Positions 51,386-64,000 of a stretch of 64,000 nucleotides of DNA are shown here, in pieces. The stretch spans positions 46,979 through 110,978 of the forward strand of contig NC_057751.1 in the NCBI RefSeq assembly GCF_004010195.1. Reading direction: 5' to 3'. This DNA comes from Chiloscyllium plagiosum. Lineage: Eukaryota. The number at the start of each line of letters is the position of its first letter. The first letter of the stretch is position 1. The position numbers were made by a program, and so were the translations under genes. Below the pieces are notes generated by a model. That model searched no databases. It was given only the letters and a program-made list of their open reading frames with translations, and had not been told where the DNA came from.

Positions 51386-52154
51386 CCATCTTTTGGGAAA
51401 CGTTAAATGAAGGAGCTGTCTTCTGAAATGATGCAAATTATATCTCGGACTCGACTGTAAGAAGAGCAGGTCCTGCGATTGTAAAAGGCAGTGAAAGCAC
51501 TTTCTTCTTTCGTGGTAGGGGGTGGGGAGTGTACATTGAAGCAGTGAATATGACATTCAGTTGAGAAAGGTAGCGGTAATGAGCTGAGGAATGGAGAAAA
51601 AGATACGTGCGATGCGTGGGGTTATCGCAGTTTGCTGCAGCCAAAGAAATGCGGCTGCTGAATAATCCAGTTCGTGTCTCGGTCAGTTTTGCTCCCACAA
51701 ACTGGTTATTCCAGCTCTCATCTCAGCACAATCTGGGGAGATCAGCAGTCAAGGGGGAAAGCATCTGGCAAGGTTAACAAGAGATTATTACTAGGCAAAG
51801 TGCTGAATCCAATCTATTAGCACACGAGACCCGACCATCTCTTGTCATTGAGATAATGCGCTGGAAATGTGAGACTAACTGCGAGAGATGTGAAGCCTGA
51901 CTCCCCTCGGAGACGCATGGATTTAATGAGATCCGCGGGGACTGACAATTTGTCAATCATTCCTAACTTCTGACACCAGAACAACATTATATGCTTCTTG
52001 CGATGGAGATGACGAGACGGAGGGACAGACACGAAGCAGAGCTTCCAAACCTGCAAGGAATAGTATCAAGCTTCCGACTGGGGTGGGTGGGCAGGGGCTG
52101 GGACACTTAAACGCTCGATACCTTCCCTGATGCATTACTCTGTTTATTGGCAAG

Positions 52155-52445
52155 TTAAAAATCACACAATACCAGGCTATAGTCCAACAGGTTTATTCGG
52201 AAATAGAAGCTCTCAGAAGCTTCATCAGGTAACAAAACAGCGATCTAGGTTTGTCCAATATATCGTTTTAATTGCATGACACTGTGATCTTCTGCTATAA
52301 ATTCCGTGTCTTATGATCCTGCCCCACTAGTTACCTGACGAAGGAGCGCCGCTCTGAAAGCCAGTACTATATTTCCTAATAAACTTGGCTAGTGTGATTT
52401 TTAATTTTGTCCACCTCAGTCCAACACCGGCACCTCCACATCATA
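52155..52445. mobile_element. Family B fold-back insertion, hammerhead core at 52335-52362
   Basis: CTGACGAAGGAGCGCCGCTCTGAAAG; inverted arms; flanks ATTGGCAAGTTA / ATTTGCAAGTTA. Confidence 0.7.
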
Positions 52446-52711
52446 TTTGCAAGTTATTATTTGCTTTAGACACGCAACAGACAAAATTGCTGCGAGCGCA
52501 AAATAATGAAAACTTTCACCACTTTGTAAGACCTTCGTTAATGTGGAGCCAGACTTGCCATTGCACCCCTCTCCAGGCTGGCCTCATTGGAGAAATAGCG
52601 ATTCCTCTTTTCCGGGGAATCTCCAAGTTTGGGTTCTCAGCATCCAGGATTATTCCTCACCTTCCCTTTGGAGAGAAAAAAAATATTAGGAACTCTGTCC
52701 AGTTGCTGTTT

Positions 52712-53036
52712 GCACGGTGGCTCAGTGGTTAGCACGGCTGCCTCACAGCGCCAGGGACCTGGGTTTAATTCCCGCCTCAGGCATCTGTCTGTGTGGAGTT
52801 TGCACATTCTCCCGTTGTCTGTATGGGTTTCCTCCGGGTGCTCTGGTTTCCTCCCACAGTCCAAAGATGTGCAGGTCAGGTGAACTGGTCATGCTAAACT
52901 GCCCATAGTGTTAGGTGCATTAGTCAGGGATGAATGTTGGAGAATGGGTCTGGGTGGGTTGCTCTTTGGAGGGTCGGCGTGGACTTGTTGGGCCCAAGGG
53001 CCTGTTTCCACACTGTAGGGATTCCAATGTAATGTA
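52712..53036 (+). mobile_element. HE1/V-SINE-like SINE
   Basis: Same family; partial copies also at ~24620-24817, 28110-28241 and 36484-36737. Confidence 0.85.
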
Positions 53037-53702
53037 AAATACAGCCACTCTTCTCTGGACTCACACAATAACCTAACCCTTTTTTCCCTTTAGTTTAGTG
53101 AAGATGGTCATGACTTTCCATTTGGGAAACAAGCCATTTTACTTGCTGTCCAGAAAACAGGTGATCAGTGATGTGGTATATTGAGACCTTGAAGTGGTTA
53201 TTCGACTATTTAGGAGGCCTGACATGAAGTCCAGCTGATCAGAGTGCCCATGGACCTTCTGATTCAGAATCCAATCAGTGAAGTGACAAGAAGTGACACG
53301 TTTCTCCACCGCCCAAACTCACCCCATTATTTCCCTTTGTAACCACATCTCTCACAGGAACAGCCTGTAGAAAATTGCCCTTTTATTGTATTCCAAAGAT
53401 AGTGGGCTCACTGAGCTATTTAACTGCAGAAACAGAGCCATATCTTGCCGACATTTGGACCACGAGTTTACTCAGAGCTGTGCTCACACTAACACACACA
53501 TCCATGCACACACAGTCAGAACTCCATCTAAAATGTGTGCATAAAACATCCAGGGTCAAAAGCACAGTTGGTCGGGCAGCACCCAGGGCTTGTGCCCAAA
53601 ACATCGATTCTCCTACTCCTCAGATGCTGCCTGATCTGCTGTGCTTTTCCAGCACCACGCTCTTGACTCAGTTAGTTGGATGGCTAGTTTGCAATGTTGT
53701 CA

Positions 53703-56700
53703 CATAGAATGTAGAACGTTATAGTGCAGTACAGGCCCTTTGGCACTCCATGTTGTGCCAGCCTGTGAACATAATCTGATGCCCATCTAACCTACACTGT
53801 TCCATTATTATCCATATCCATGTCCAATACCCATCAATTTAAAGCTATGGCCCCTCATATTAGCCTTCACCATTCAAGGAAAAAGGGTCTCACCGTCCAC
53901 CCTACCTAACCCTCTGATTATCTTATATGTCTCGATTAAGTCATCTCTCAACCTTCTTCTCTCCAACAAAAACAGCCTTAGTTCCCTCAGCCTTTCCTCA
54001 TATGGAACATACCAGGCAATGTTCATGTAAATCTCCTCTGAACCCTTTCCAAAGCTTTCACATCCTTCTTATCATGCAGTGACCAGAACTGCGCGCAATA
54101 CTCCAGGTGTGGCCTTACTGGTGTCTTGTACAGCTGAAGCATGACCTCGTGACTCCAAACCTCAATCCCCCTACCAATAAGTCCCAACACATCATATGCC
54201 TTCTTAACAACCCGATCAACCTGGGTGGCAACTTTCAGGGATTTATGCACCATAGCACCAAGATCTCTCTGTTCATCTACACTGCCAAGAATTTTATCAT
54301 TAGCCAGTACTCCAGATTCCTTCTTACTTCTTCCTTACACCTTTCCACATTAAACTCCATTTGCCACTTCACAGCTCAGCTCTGCATCTTATCTATGTCT
54401 CTCTGTAACCCGCAACATCCTTCGGCACTATTCAAAACTCTGCCTACCTTAGTGTCATCCGCAAATTTAGTAACGCATCCTTCTACACCCACATCTAGAT
54501 CTTTTATAAAAATGGCAAACAGCAGTGGCCCCAAAACAGATCCTTGCAACACACCACTAGTAACTGAACTCCAGGATGAATATTTCCCATCAACCACCAC
54601 TCTCTATCTTCTTTCAGCTAGCCAATTTCTGATCCAAACCGCTAAATCACCTTCAATCCCGAAATTCCATATTTTGTGCAATAGCCTACTGTGTGGAACC
54701 TTATCAATGCCTTCCTGAAGTCCATTTACAACACATCGACTAATTTATCTTTATCCACCTGTTTTGTCACCTTGAAGAAATCAATAAGGTTTGTGAGGCA
54801 TGACCTACCCTTCACAAAACCATGTTGACTATCCCTAATCAACTTATTCCTATTGAGATAACTATAAGTCCTATTTCTTATAACCTTTTCCAACACCTTA
54901 TCCACAACTGAAGTAAGGCTCACTGGCCTGCAATTACCAGGATTGTCTTGACTCCCCTTCTTAAACAAGGGAACAACATTTGCTATCCTCCAGTCTTCTG
55001 GCACTACTCCTGTCGACAATGATGACATAAAGATCGACGCCAAAGTCTCTGCAATCTCCTCCCTGGCTTCCCAGAGAATCCAAGGATAAATCCCATCTGG
55101 CCCCAAGGTGTTTTCTATTTTAGGATCTTCCAAAATTGCTAAAACCTCCTCTTTGTCAACCTCAATCCCATCTAATCTTGTAGCCTATATCTCTGTATTC
55201 TCACTAACACTGCCCTTTTCCATTGTGAATACTGATGAAGAGTATTCATTAAGTGTTCCTCCTACGTCCTCAGATTCCACACACAACTTTCCACTACTAT
55301 CTCTGATTGGCCATAATCTTACCCTAGTCATTCTTTTATTCCTGGCATACCTATAGAAGACCTGAGGGTTTTCCTTGATCCTATCCACCAATAACTTCTC
55401 ATGTCCCCTCCTGGTTCTTCTTAGCACTCTCTTTAGATCTTTTCTGGCTAACCTATAACTCTCAAGCCCCCTAACTGAGCTTTCACGCTTCATCCTCACA
55501 TAAGCCTTCCTCTTCCTCTTGACAAGAACTTCAACTTCTTTAGTAAACCATGGCTCCTTCTCTTGACAACTCCCTCCCTGCCTGATAGGTATATACATAT
55601 CAAGGACCCACAGTAGCTGTTCCTTGAATAAGGTCCACATTTCAAGTGTGTCCATCCCCTGCAGTTTCCTTCCCTGTCCTGTGCATCCTAAATCTTGCCT
55701 AATCGCATTATAATTGCCTTTCCCCCAGTTATACCTCTTTCCCTGCGGTATATACCTTTCCCTGCCCATTGCTATTGTAAACATAACCAAATTATGGTCA
55801 CTATCGCTAAAATGCTCACCTACCTCCAAATCTAACACCTGGCCGGGTTCATTACCCAGTACCAAATCCAATAAGGCATCGCCCCTTGTTGGCCTGTCTA
55901 CATTGAACAAATGCTGACCCATCTAAACTCCTTGAACTATAGTATTCCCAATCAATATTGGGGAAGTTAAAGTCCCCCATAACAACTACCCTGTTACTCT
56001 CACTCCTTTCAAGAATCATCTTTGCTATCCTTTCCTCTCCATCCCTGGAACAATTTGGAGGCCTATAGAAAACCCCCAACAGTGAGACGTCTCCTTTCCT
56101 GTTTCTAACCTCAGACCAAACTACTTCAGTGGATGAGTTCTCAAACGTTCTCTCAGCTACTATAATACTACCCTTGATCAACAATGCCACCCTTCCCCCT
56201 CTTTTATCATCTTCTCTGTTCTTGCTGAAACATCTAAACATCTAAAAACAACCATTCCTGTCCCTCCTCTACCTATGCCCATGAAATGGCCACAACATTG
56301 AAATTCCAGGTACCAACCTATGCTGCAAGTTCACCCACCTTATTCTGGATGCTCCTGACATTGAAGTACACACATTTCAAACCAACATCCTGATTGCCGG
56401 TGCCCTCTCGCAACCTTGTAAAGTTATCCCTGACCTCACTATCCTCAACCTCCTGTACACTGGAACTATAATTCAGGTTCCCATCCCTCTGCTGCATTAG
56501 TCTAAACCCTCCCGAAGAGCATTAGCAAATTTTCCCCCCAGGATATTGGTACCCCTCTGGTTGAGGTGAACACCATCCTGTTTGCAGAGGTCCCACCTTC
56601 CCCAGAGAGAGCTCCAATTATCCAAGAATCCAAAACCCTCCCTTCTGCACCATCCCTACAGCCATGTGTTCAACTCTGCACTCTCCCTGTTCCTCGCTTC

Positions 56701-57330
56701 ACTAGCACTTGGCACGGGCAACAAACCAGAGATAACAAGCTCTAAGCTTCCACCCTAGCTCCCTGAATTTCTGCCTTAGATCCCCACCTTTCTTCCTACC
56801 TATGTCATTGGTGTCTATGTGGACCACGACTTGGGGCTGCTCCCCCTCCCCTTCTTGGATCCCGAAAACCCAATCAGAGACATCACGAACTCTGGCACCT
56901 GGGAGGCAACGCACCAACTGTGAGCCTCTCTCGTCCCCACAAAACCTCGTATCTGTCCCCCTAACTATGGAGTCCACAGTGAGTAAAACTTTGCTCCTCT
57001 TTCCCCTTCCCCTCTGAGCAACAGGGACAGAAGACTCTGCACCAGAGACCTGTGTCCCATTGCTTACGTCCCCACCCCCAACGGTATCCAAAACGGTATA
57101 CTTGTTGTTGATGGGAATCACCACAGGAGATCCCTGCACTGTCTGCGGGTTCCCTTTCCTACCCCTGATAGTAATCCATCTACCTTCTTCATGTGGCTGT
57201 GGAGAAACGACCTCCCAGTAACTCATCTCACTAACCCCCTCCGCCTCCTGATTGATCCGAAGTTCATCCAGCTTCAGCTCCAGTCCCCTAACATGGTTCT
57301 CGAGGAGCTGGAATTGGGTGCACATCAACA
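53703..57330 (-). mobile_element. Near full-length decayed CR1-clade LINE (esterase ORF1, APE-RT ORF2, 3' tail)
   Basis: ORF1 has DSIVRG, CLPGARVRDV and VVVHIDTND; APE has GVFYRPP and MGDFNFP; RT has QGSVLGPLLF and FADD; many frameshifts. Confidence 0.92.
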
Positions 57331-57929
57331 GAATTGGTTCAGTGCCATTACTGGCTGAGGCTACCATGAAGGACTCTCATTCACAACCTCTTTCCCTTGT
57401 TGGAGGCGTGGTGACCCTCGAGTTAAACCCTAACTGGCATCTCTCTCTAATAACAGTAGCTTGAAGGTCTGGTAGGATGACAGCAACTTTAACTTTTACT
57501 GATGATCGACAGCACACAGACAGCTATGGTTCAAGAAGGCAGCTTACCATTACCTCTCAAAGGAAACTGGGGATGGGTGATTAATGTTGGCCCAGCTAGG
57601 GACACTAACATCCTGTTAAAAATGTATCAATATTAATATGAATTTAACATATCCTCACCCACTCTGCAATGTTTATTAATGTTATCTAGTTTGTCAGAAC
57701 CTTCAAAAATTGCTGATGGGGCAATGCCTGGGATCACAGCTTCCAGGTTTTGGCAAGTGATACAGGGAGGATGTAAGGAAGAAATCTTTATGAAACAACT
57801 GGAAACTCATTGTTGGTATGGAAGTTGGAATCGAAGACAATGGATGCCTCAAAAAGCAAATCAGACAGGCACTTGAAGAAAATAAATTAGCAGTGCAATA
57901 AGGTGGAGTGGAACAATGAAATTGGAAAT

Positions 57930-59400
57930 GTACTTGTGGGCAGCTCCAGCAGATTGGAAAATAGCAAATGTGACACCACTGTTTAAAAAAGCAAGTAGAC
58001 AAAAGATGGGGAATTATTGATCAGTTAGCTTAACTTCTGTCGGGAGGATATGCTTGAATCTATTATCAAGGAAGAAATAGCAAAACACCTGGATAGAAAT
58101 TTTCCTCTTGGGCAGACACAGCATGGGTTCATGAAAGGCAGGTCATGCTTAACTAAACTACTGCAATTCTATGAAGACATTAGGAGCACCAGGTTCAACA
58201 GGGACCCAGTAGATGTGATGTATCTAGATTCTCCAAAAAGCATTCAACAAGGTGCCACACAAAAGGCTGCTGCAGAAGATAAAGATGCATGGCATTATGG
58301 TCAATGTATTAGCATGGGTAGAGGATTGGTTAACTAACGTGAAGCAAAGAATGGGGATAAATGAGTGCTTTTCTGGTTGGCGATCAGAGGCTAATGGTGC
58401 GCCTCAGGGATCAGTATTGGGACTGCAATTGTTCATAAGTTACCTCAATGATTTGGAGTTGGGGACCACGTGTAGTGTGTCAAAGTTTGCGGATGACATT
58501 AATATGAATGGTACAGCAAAGTCTGCAGAGGACTGTGAAAACTTTGCAGAGGGATATAGATAATTTAAGTGGTTGGGCAAAGGTCTGGCAGATGGAGTAT
58601 GGTGTTAATAAATGTGAAGTCATCCATTTTGGTAGGAATAACAGTAAAAAGGACTATTACTTGAATGGTAAAAAATTGCAGCATGGTGCTAAACAGAGGG
58701 ACCTAGGTATCCTTGTACATGAATCACAGAAGGTTGGTCTGCAAGTGCAATAGGTAATGAAGAAGACAAATGGAATTTTGTCCTTCTTGTTAAAGGGATT
58801 GAGTTAAAAGCAGGGAGGTGATGTTGCATTTGGATACGGTGCTGGTCATGAGGCCACACCTGGAGTACTGTGCACCGTTTTGGTCTCCTTACTTGAGAAA
58901 GGATGTACTATCACTAGAAGGGGTGCAGAGAAGGTTCACTCAGTTGATTCCAGAGTTGAGGGGTTGGCTTATGAGGGAACATTAAGAGTAGACTAGGATT
59001 ATACATATTGGAATTTAGAAGAAGGGACAATCTTATAAAAACATATAAAATTATGAAGGGAATAGATAAGATAGAAATAGAGAGGATGTTTCCACTGTCA
59101 GGTGAAACTACGACAAGAGGGCATAGCTCAAATTTCGGGGGAGCAGGTTTAGGACCGAATTGAACTTCCTTACCCACAGGGTGTGAATCTTTATAATTTC
59201 ATGCCAGAGACTTCCTCATTGTATGTTTTTAAAGCTAAGATAGATAATATTGTGAACAGTAAAAGAATTAAAGGTTATAGTGAGAGGATGGGTTAATGGA
59301 GCTGAGGCCATGGAAAGATCAGCCATGATCTTATTGAATGGCAGAACAGGCTCGAAGGGCCAGATAATCCACTCCTGCTCCTATTTCTTGTGTTTGTATG
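57930..59400 (+). mobile_element. Decayed CR1 LINE RT and 3' end
   Basis: QHGFMKGRSCLT, PQGSVLG, KFADD. Confidence 0.88.
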
Positions 59401-60015
59401 TTCTAATGGATTGGAATGTTCTGCAGGGAGCCAACATGGACTCAGTGGGTTGAATGGCCTCCTTCTGTGCTGCGATGACTCTGGTTATGGGACAGTTTTG
59501 AAAGCTCTAAATAATAGAGACACTCAGCATTTTTGTACACAAATCTTTCAAGGTAGCACAATAATTTATCGGATGATTCAAAAAGCTTAGAGGTTGCTTT
59601 GGGTTTACAAATGTAACTAGAATTTTGTAAAACAGTGGTTTGACCTCAGCAGCAGCATTCAATTCAGGATGCCAAACTTCAAGAAAAAAGTGAAGATCTA
59701 ATTTGGGAATGATAAACAGAAGGATGTTCTCAGGAATAAAGGTCTTCAACTTTGAGGAGAGGGTGGAAATGTTTAGAGAATTCTTTTTGAAACAGAGAAG
59801 GTTCAGAAATGACCCAACAGAAGTATTATGATGGCGTGACATTTTGCTGGAGTGATAGGTAAAAAATCTTCCCTCTGGTGAAGGAGTCAAAAGCCACGAG
59901 TCAGAAATGTAAAATTATTGACAAGGATTCCAGAGGGTAGATGAGAAAGGCATTGTCAGCATTTGGAAAGTTTTGCATTGGAGAGGTTGTGGAAGTTGAG
60001 TCCTTCCAGAATCTT

Positions 60016-60151
60016 CTAGGAGAAAGTGAGGACTGCAGATCCAAGGAGCAGGAGAATCGACATTTTGGGAACGTGCCTGAAGAAGGGCTCATGCCCGAAA
60101 CATCGATTCTCCTGCTCCTTGGATGCTGCCTGACCTGCTGCGCATTTCAGC
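60016..60151. mobile_element. Penelope-like fold-back insertion, family A, hammerhead core at 60077-60104
   Basis: CTGAAGAAGGGCTCATGCCCGAAACATC; direct repeat TCCTTCCAGAATCTT at 60001-60015 and 60152-60166. Confidence 0.8.
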
Positions 60152-60394
60152 TCCTTCCAGAATCTTACATAGATAATTAAACAGGCATTTGAGGGTGAAG
60201 CAGTGACAAGTCACAGACAAAAAGTGTCCAATGATTTATGACAGCTCTTTTAAAGAATTAGCAAAGGTGAGAGGCCAAAAGACTCCTTATACACTGGAAG
60301 ATTCCCAAATAAGAAACAAAAACAGATGTTGCTAGAAAAGCTTGGCAGGTCTGGCAGCATCTTTGAAGAGAAATCAAAGGATGTGGAGTACACC

Positions 60395-60575
60395 AGAATG
60401 TTACAGTGAGGGGTGTAGAATCATCATAGTGTTACAGCGAGGGGTTTGCATTTCATCAGTGTTAAAGTGAGGGGTGTTTGGGATTTTAAAAAGTTATAGT
60501 GAGGGGTGTGAGTGATATCAGAGTGTTACAGTGAGGGATGTGAAATATATCAGAGTTTCACAATGAGGGTTAGGG
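60395..60575. repeat. ~30-bp tandem repeat (GTGTTACAGTGAGGGGTG)
   Basis: About 6 diverged units. Confidence 0.75.
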
Positions 60576-61699
60576 GTACAGAAGTGGAATAATGAAAAGG
60601 CTTGTGTCCAAATTCCAGGATGGTAGCTGGGGTATTGAGATGCTGCTAATTAAACAAACGAGGAATTTTGAAGTTGCATCATTGGTAATTCTGACCTGAA
60701 TGTCTCCATTCCAGAGTGAAGCATTTTCATCGCAGAGTTGCGGTCGGCAGAAAATCATTTTGATGAGAAACCTCAGATTTAGGTGTTGATGGGAAACTTT
60801 GTGAGAGTTGCATGACAAGCAACATCATCATTGATGGGGGCATTGGAGACTGCAGAATTTTTCTCAGTGAAAACTGAAAGAACTATTTAAGAATGTGAAT
60901 ATTTTCTTTGGGTTATATCAATGTTTCCACCAGTGTTTTGTGTTTTGGCCAAATTATCTCTCAATCTGAAACATCAGGACCAAGCAAATAATATGTCAGC
61001 CACGCACCTATTTGAACAAGCTTTGTGCATCTGGATTTTTGTGCTGTTGAGATGAAAAGAAATGATTTCCTTTGGTGTAGCCACAGCAGTAAGCTTCTCA
61101 TTACCAGTCAGATGAGTTGCCTGCTCAAGTCAGAGTTATGTGACCTTCCAATCTGAATATGTATGACCAGCTGGCAAGGACATTCCATCGGATAAAGAGT
61201 CACCATGAGGCCAACCTCTTTTCCTTCCAAATGAACAGACAGTACCAACAGAGGCAGCCTCTTTGCCCCTTCTTATTTGTTGCCTTGTGTTGCTCATTCG
61301 TCTCTGCTGTCTTGGCAAGAGGCCAACAATCTGCAAATAGGAAACTCAACAACTTGAGTTTATATAGCACCTATAATGTAGCAAGATAGCTAAAATTGCT
61401 TCACATGAGCATCTCTGAACAAAATCGGAGACTGAGCCATATAAGGACAGAAGAGCAAAACTTGGTTAAAGAAGTGAGTTGTAAGGAGGGGTCATGGAAT
61501 CATTAAAAAGAGTAGAAGGCGGCCTTTCGGATCCTTCAGTCCATATCAACCCTCCTTACAGCAATCTGGTATTCCTACCCTTTTTATCTCTGCATCCCTT
61601 CAGCTTTAGTTCCCACAGTGAACATCCAAACGTATGAATTACAAGCATAAGTAGACCATTCAGCCCCTCAGGCCCTACTTCTCCATTCATAATTGATCT

Positions 61700-63243
61700 C
61701 GTAGGAAGCAAGGGAAGTGATTGCTGGGCCCTATGCTGAGATATTTCAATCATCGATAGTCACAGGTGAGGTGCCGGAAGACTGGAGAGTGGCTAACGTG
61801 GTGCCACTATTTAAGAAAGATGGTAAGGAAAAGCCAGGGAACTATAGACCGGTGAGCCTGACATCGGTGGTGGGCAAATTGTTGGAGGGAATCCTGAGGG
61901 ACAGATGTACATGTATCTGGAAAGGTAAGGACTGAGTAGAGATAGTCAAAATCATGCCTCACAAACTTGATTGAGTTTTTTGAAGGAATAACAAAAAGGA
62001 TTGAAGAGAGCAGAGCGGTAGACGTGATCTATATTCAGTAAGGTGTTTGACAAAGTTCCCTATGGGAGACTGGTTAGCAAGGTTAGATCTCATAGAATAC
62101 AGGGAGAACTAGCCTTTTGGATATCAAACTGGCTTAAAGTTAGAAGACAGAGGGTGGTGGTGGAGGGTTGCTTTTCAGACTGTTGGCCTTTGAGCAATGG
62201 AGTGCCACAAGGATTGATTCTGGGTCCACTGTTTATCATATCTGTATAAATGATTTGAATGTGAACATAGGAGGTATAGTTAGTAAGTTTGCAGATGGCA
62301 CCAGAATTGGAGGTGTAGTGGACAGCAAAAAAGGTTACCTCAGAGTACAATGGGATATTGATCAGATCGTCCAATGGGCTGAGGAGTGGCAGATGGAGTT
62401 TAATTTAAATAAATATGTGGTGCTGCATTTTGAAAAGGCAAATCAGAGCAGGACTTATACACTTAATGGTAAGGTCCCGGGGAGTGTTGCTGAACAAAGG
62501 GACCTTAGAGTGCAGGTTCATTGTTCCTTGAAAGTGGAGTTGTGAGTAGATAGGGTAGTGAAGAAGGCAATTGGTATGCTTTCCTTTATTGGACAGAGCA
62601 TTGAGTATAGGAGTTGGGATGACATGCAACAGCTGTACAAGTGGTTAGGCCACTTTTGGAATATTGTGTGCAATTCTAGTCTCCTTCCTATCGGAAAGAT
62701 GTTGTGAAACTTGAAAGAGTTCCGAAAGGATTTACAAGGATGTTGCCAGGGTTGGAGGACTTGAGCTACAGGGAGAGGCTGAATAGGCCAGGGCTGTTTC
62801 CCCTGGAACGTCAGAGGCTGAGGCATGACCTTATACAGGTTTATATAATCATGAGGGCCATGGATAGGATAAATAGACAAAGTCTCTGGGTGGGGGAATC
62901 CAGAACTGGACGGTATAGGTTTTGGGGAAAGGGAGAAAAATTTAAAAGGGACCTAAGGGGCAACTTTGTCACGCAGAGGGTGGTGCATGTATAGAATAAG
63001 TTGCCAGAGGAAGTGGTGGAGGCTGGTACAATTCGAACAGTTAAAAGGCATCTGGATGGGTATATTAATAGGAAGGGTTTAGAGGGATATGGGCTAAGTG
63101 CAGGCAAATGGGACTAGATTAATTTAGGGAGAAAGTGAGGACTGCAGATGCTGGAGACTAGATTAATTTAGGATATCTGGTCGGCATAGACGAGTTAGAC
63201 CGAATGGGCTGTTTCCGTGCTGTACATCTCTATGAGTCTATGA
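61700..63243 (+). mobile_element. CR1 (HER1-like) LINE, 5'-truncated
   Basis: PEDWRVANVVPLFKK...GNYRPVSLTS through to the 3' tail. Confidence 0.9.
63129..63155 (-). mobile_element. 27-bp family-A terminus inserted into a CR1 3' UTR
   Basis: GAGAAAGTGAGGACTGCAGATGCTGGA flanked by a 17-bp direct repeat (63112-63128, 63156-63172). Confidence 0.8.
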
Positions 63244-63334
63244 TTGTGGGCTCAACTTCATACCCAACCTACTTCTGGTAACCTTTGATTCCCACTGAAA
63301 TAACTCTATAGAAGCTGGTATCCCATCACCAATG

Positions 63335-63795
63335 GTCACAGGAATGAAAAACTTAACCTATGAGGAATGTTTGAGGACTTTGGGTCAATACTCGATGGAG
63401 TTCAGAAGGATGAGGGGAGATCTAATTGAAACTTACAGAATAGTGAATGGCTTAGACAGAGTGGATGTTGGGAAGCTGTTTGGTAGGAGAGACGAGGACC
63501 CAAGGGCATAACCTTAGAGTAAAGGGAAGATCTTTTAGAATGGAGATAAGGAGAAATTACTTGAGCCATGGAGTGGGGAATCTATGGAATTCACTGCCAC
63601 AGAAGGCTGTGGAGACCAGATCATTGAAAATATTTAAGACTGGGATAGACAGGTTCTTGACTGTCAAGGGGATCAAGGGTTACAGGGGAAATTGGGAGAA
63701 TGGGGTTGAGAAACTTATCAGCCATGGTTGAATGGCAGAGCAAACCTAATGGGCTGAATGGCCTAATCTCTGCTCCTATGTCTTATGAACTTATG
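63335..63795 (+). mobile_element. CR1 3' fragment
   Basis: TRTQGHNLRV...WNSLP motif and tail. Confidence 0.75.
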
Positions 63796-64000
63796 ATCTA
63801 AGTCACCCTTTCTTTCCACATGCATAGTACACATCACTGGTCCAGCTCCTCAGAGCCAGCTCTCAAGAGTGAACAGAACCTCTGACACTCCTGTTTGCTA
63901 GGGCTCCCTAACTGGACCAGATTAAAAACTCTCATCAGGCAACTCACACTCAACGTGACCAACCTGGCCAACCTTGTTCCAATCACTACATCTACGTTCA

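Noticed and set aside
52712..52790. tRNA gene
   Set aside because: tRNA-derived SINE head continuing into the V-domain; multiple decayed copies

Overview
Vertebrate genomic DNA; the repeat families (HE1/V-SINE-like SINEs, CR1 LINEs, Penelope-like elements) point to a shark. The window holds one complete minus-strand TCF/LEF gene, most like TCF7L1 (Tcf3): 12 coding exons from 47878 down to 5457, 1647 nt, 548 aa. All exon phases are compatible, and one intron uses a GC donor. At the far left is a CpG island with a CRE array and a 24-nt first coding exon of a second minus-strand gene, possibly UBE2D-like. Most of the rest is decayed CR1 LINEs, SINEs, solo LTRs, minisatellites and Penelope-like insertions. 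The most striking signals are: three different families of minimal hammerhead-ribozyme motifs in Penelope-type repeats, several in fold-back insertions with 12-17 bp target duplications; a candidate 29-nt stop-containing cassette exon with a distant branch point; a GC donor competing with an out-of-frame GT donor inside the HMG box; loss of the LVPQ/SxxSS repression motifs; and a triloop hairpin next to a Pumilio site in the 3' UTR. Exon coordinates were read base by base. Repeat boundaries are approximate, and comparisons with other species are from memory, not from a search.
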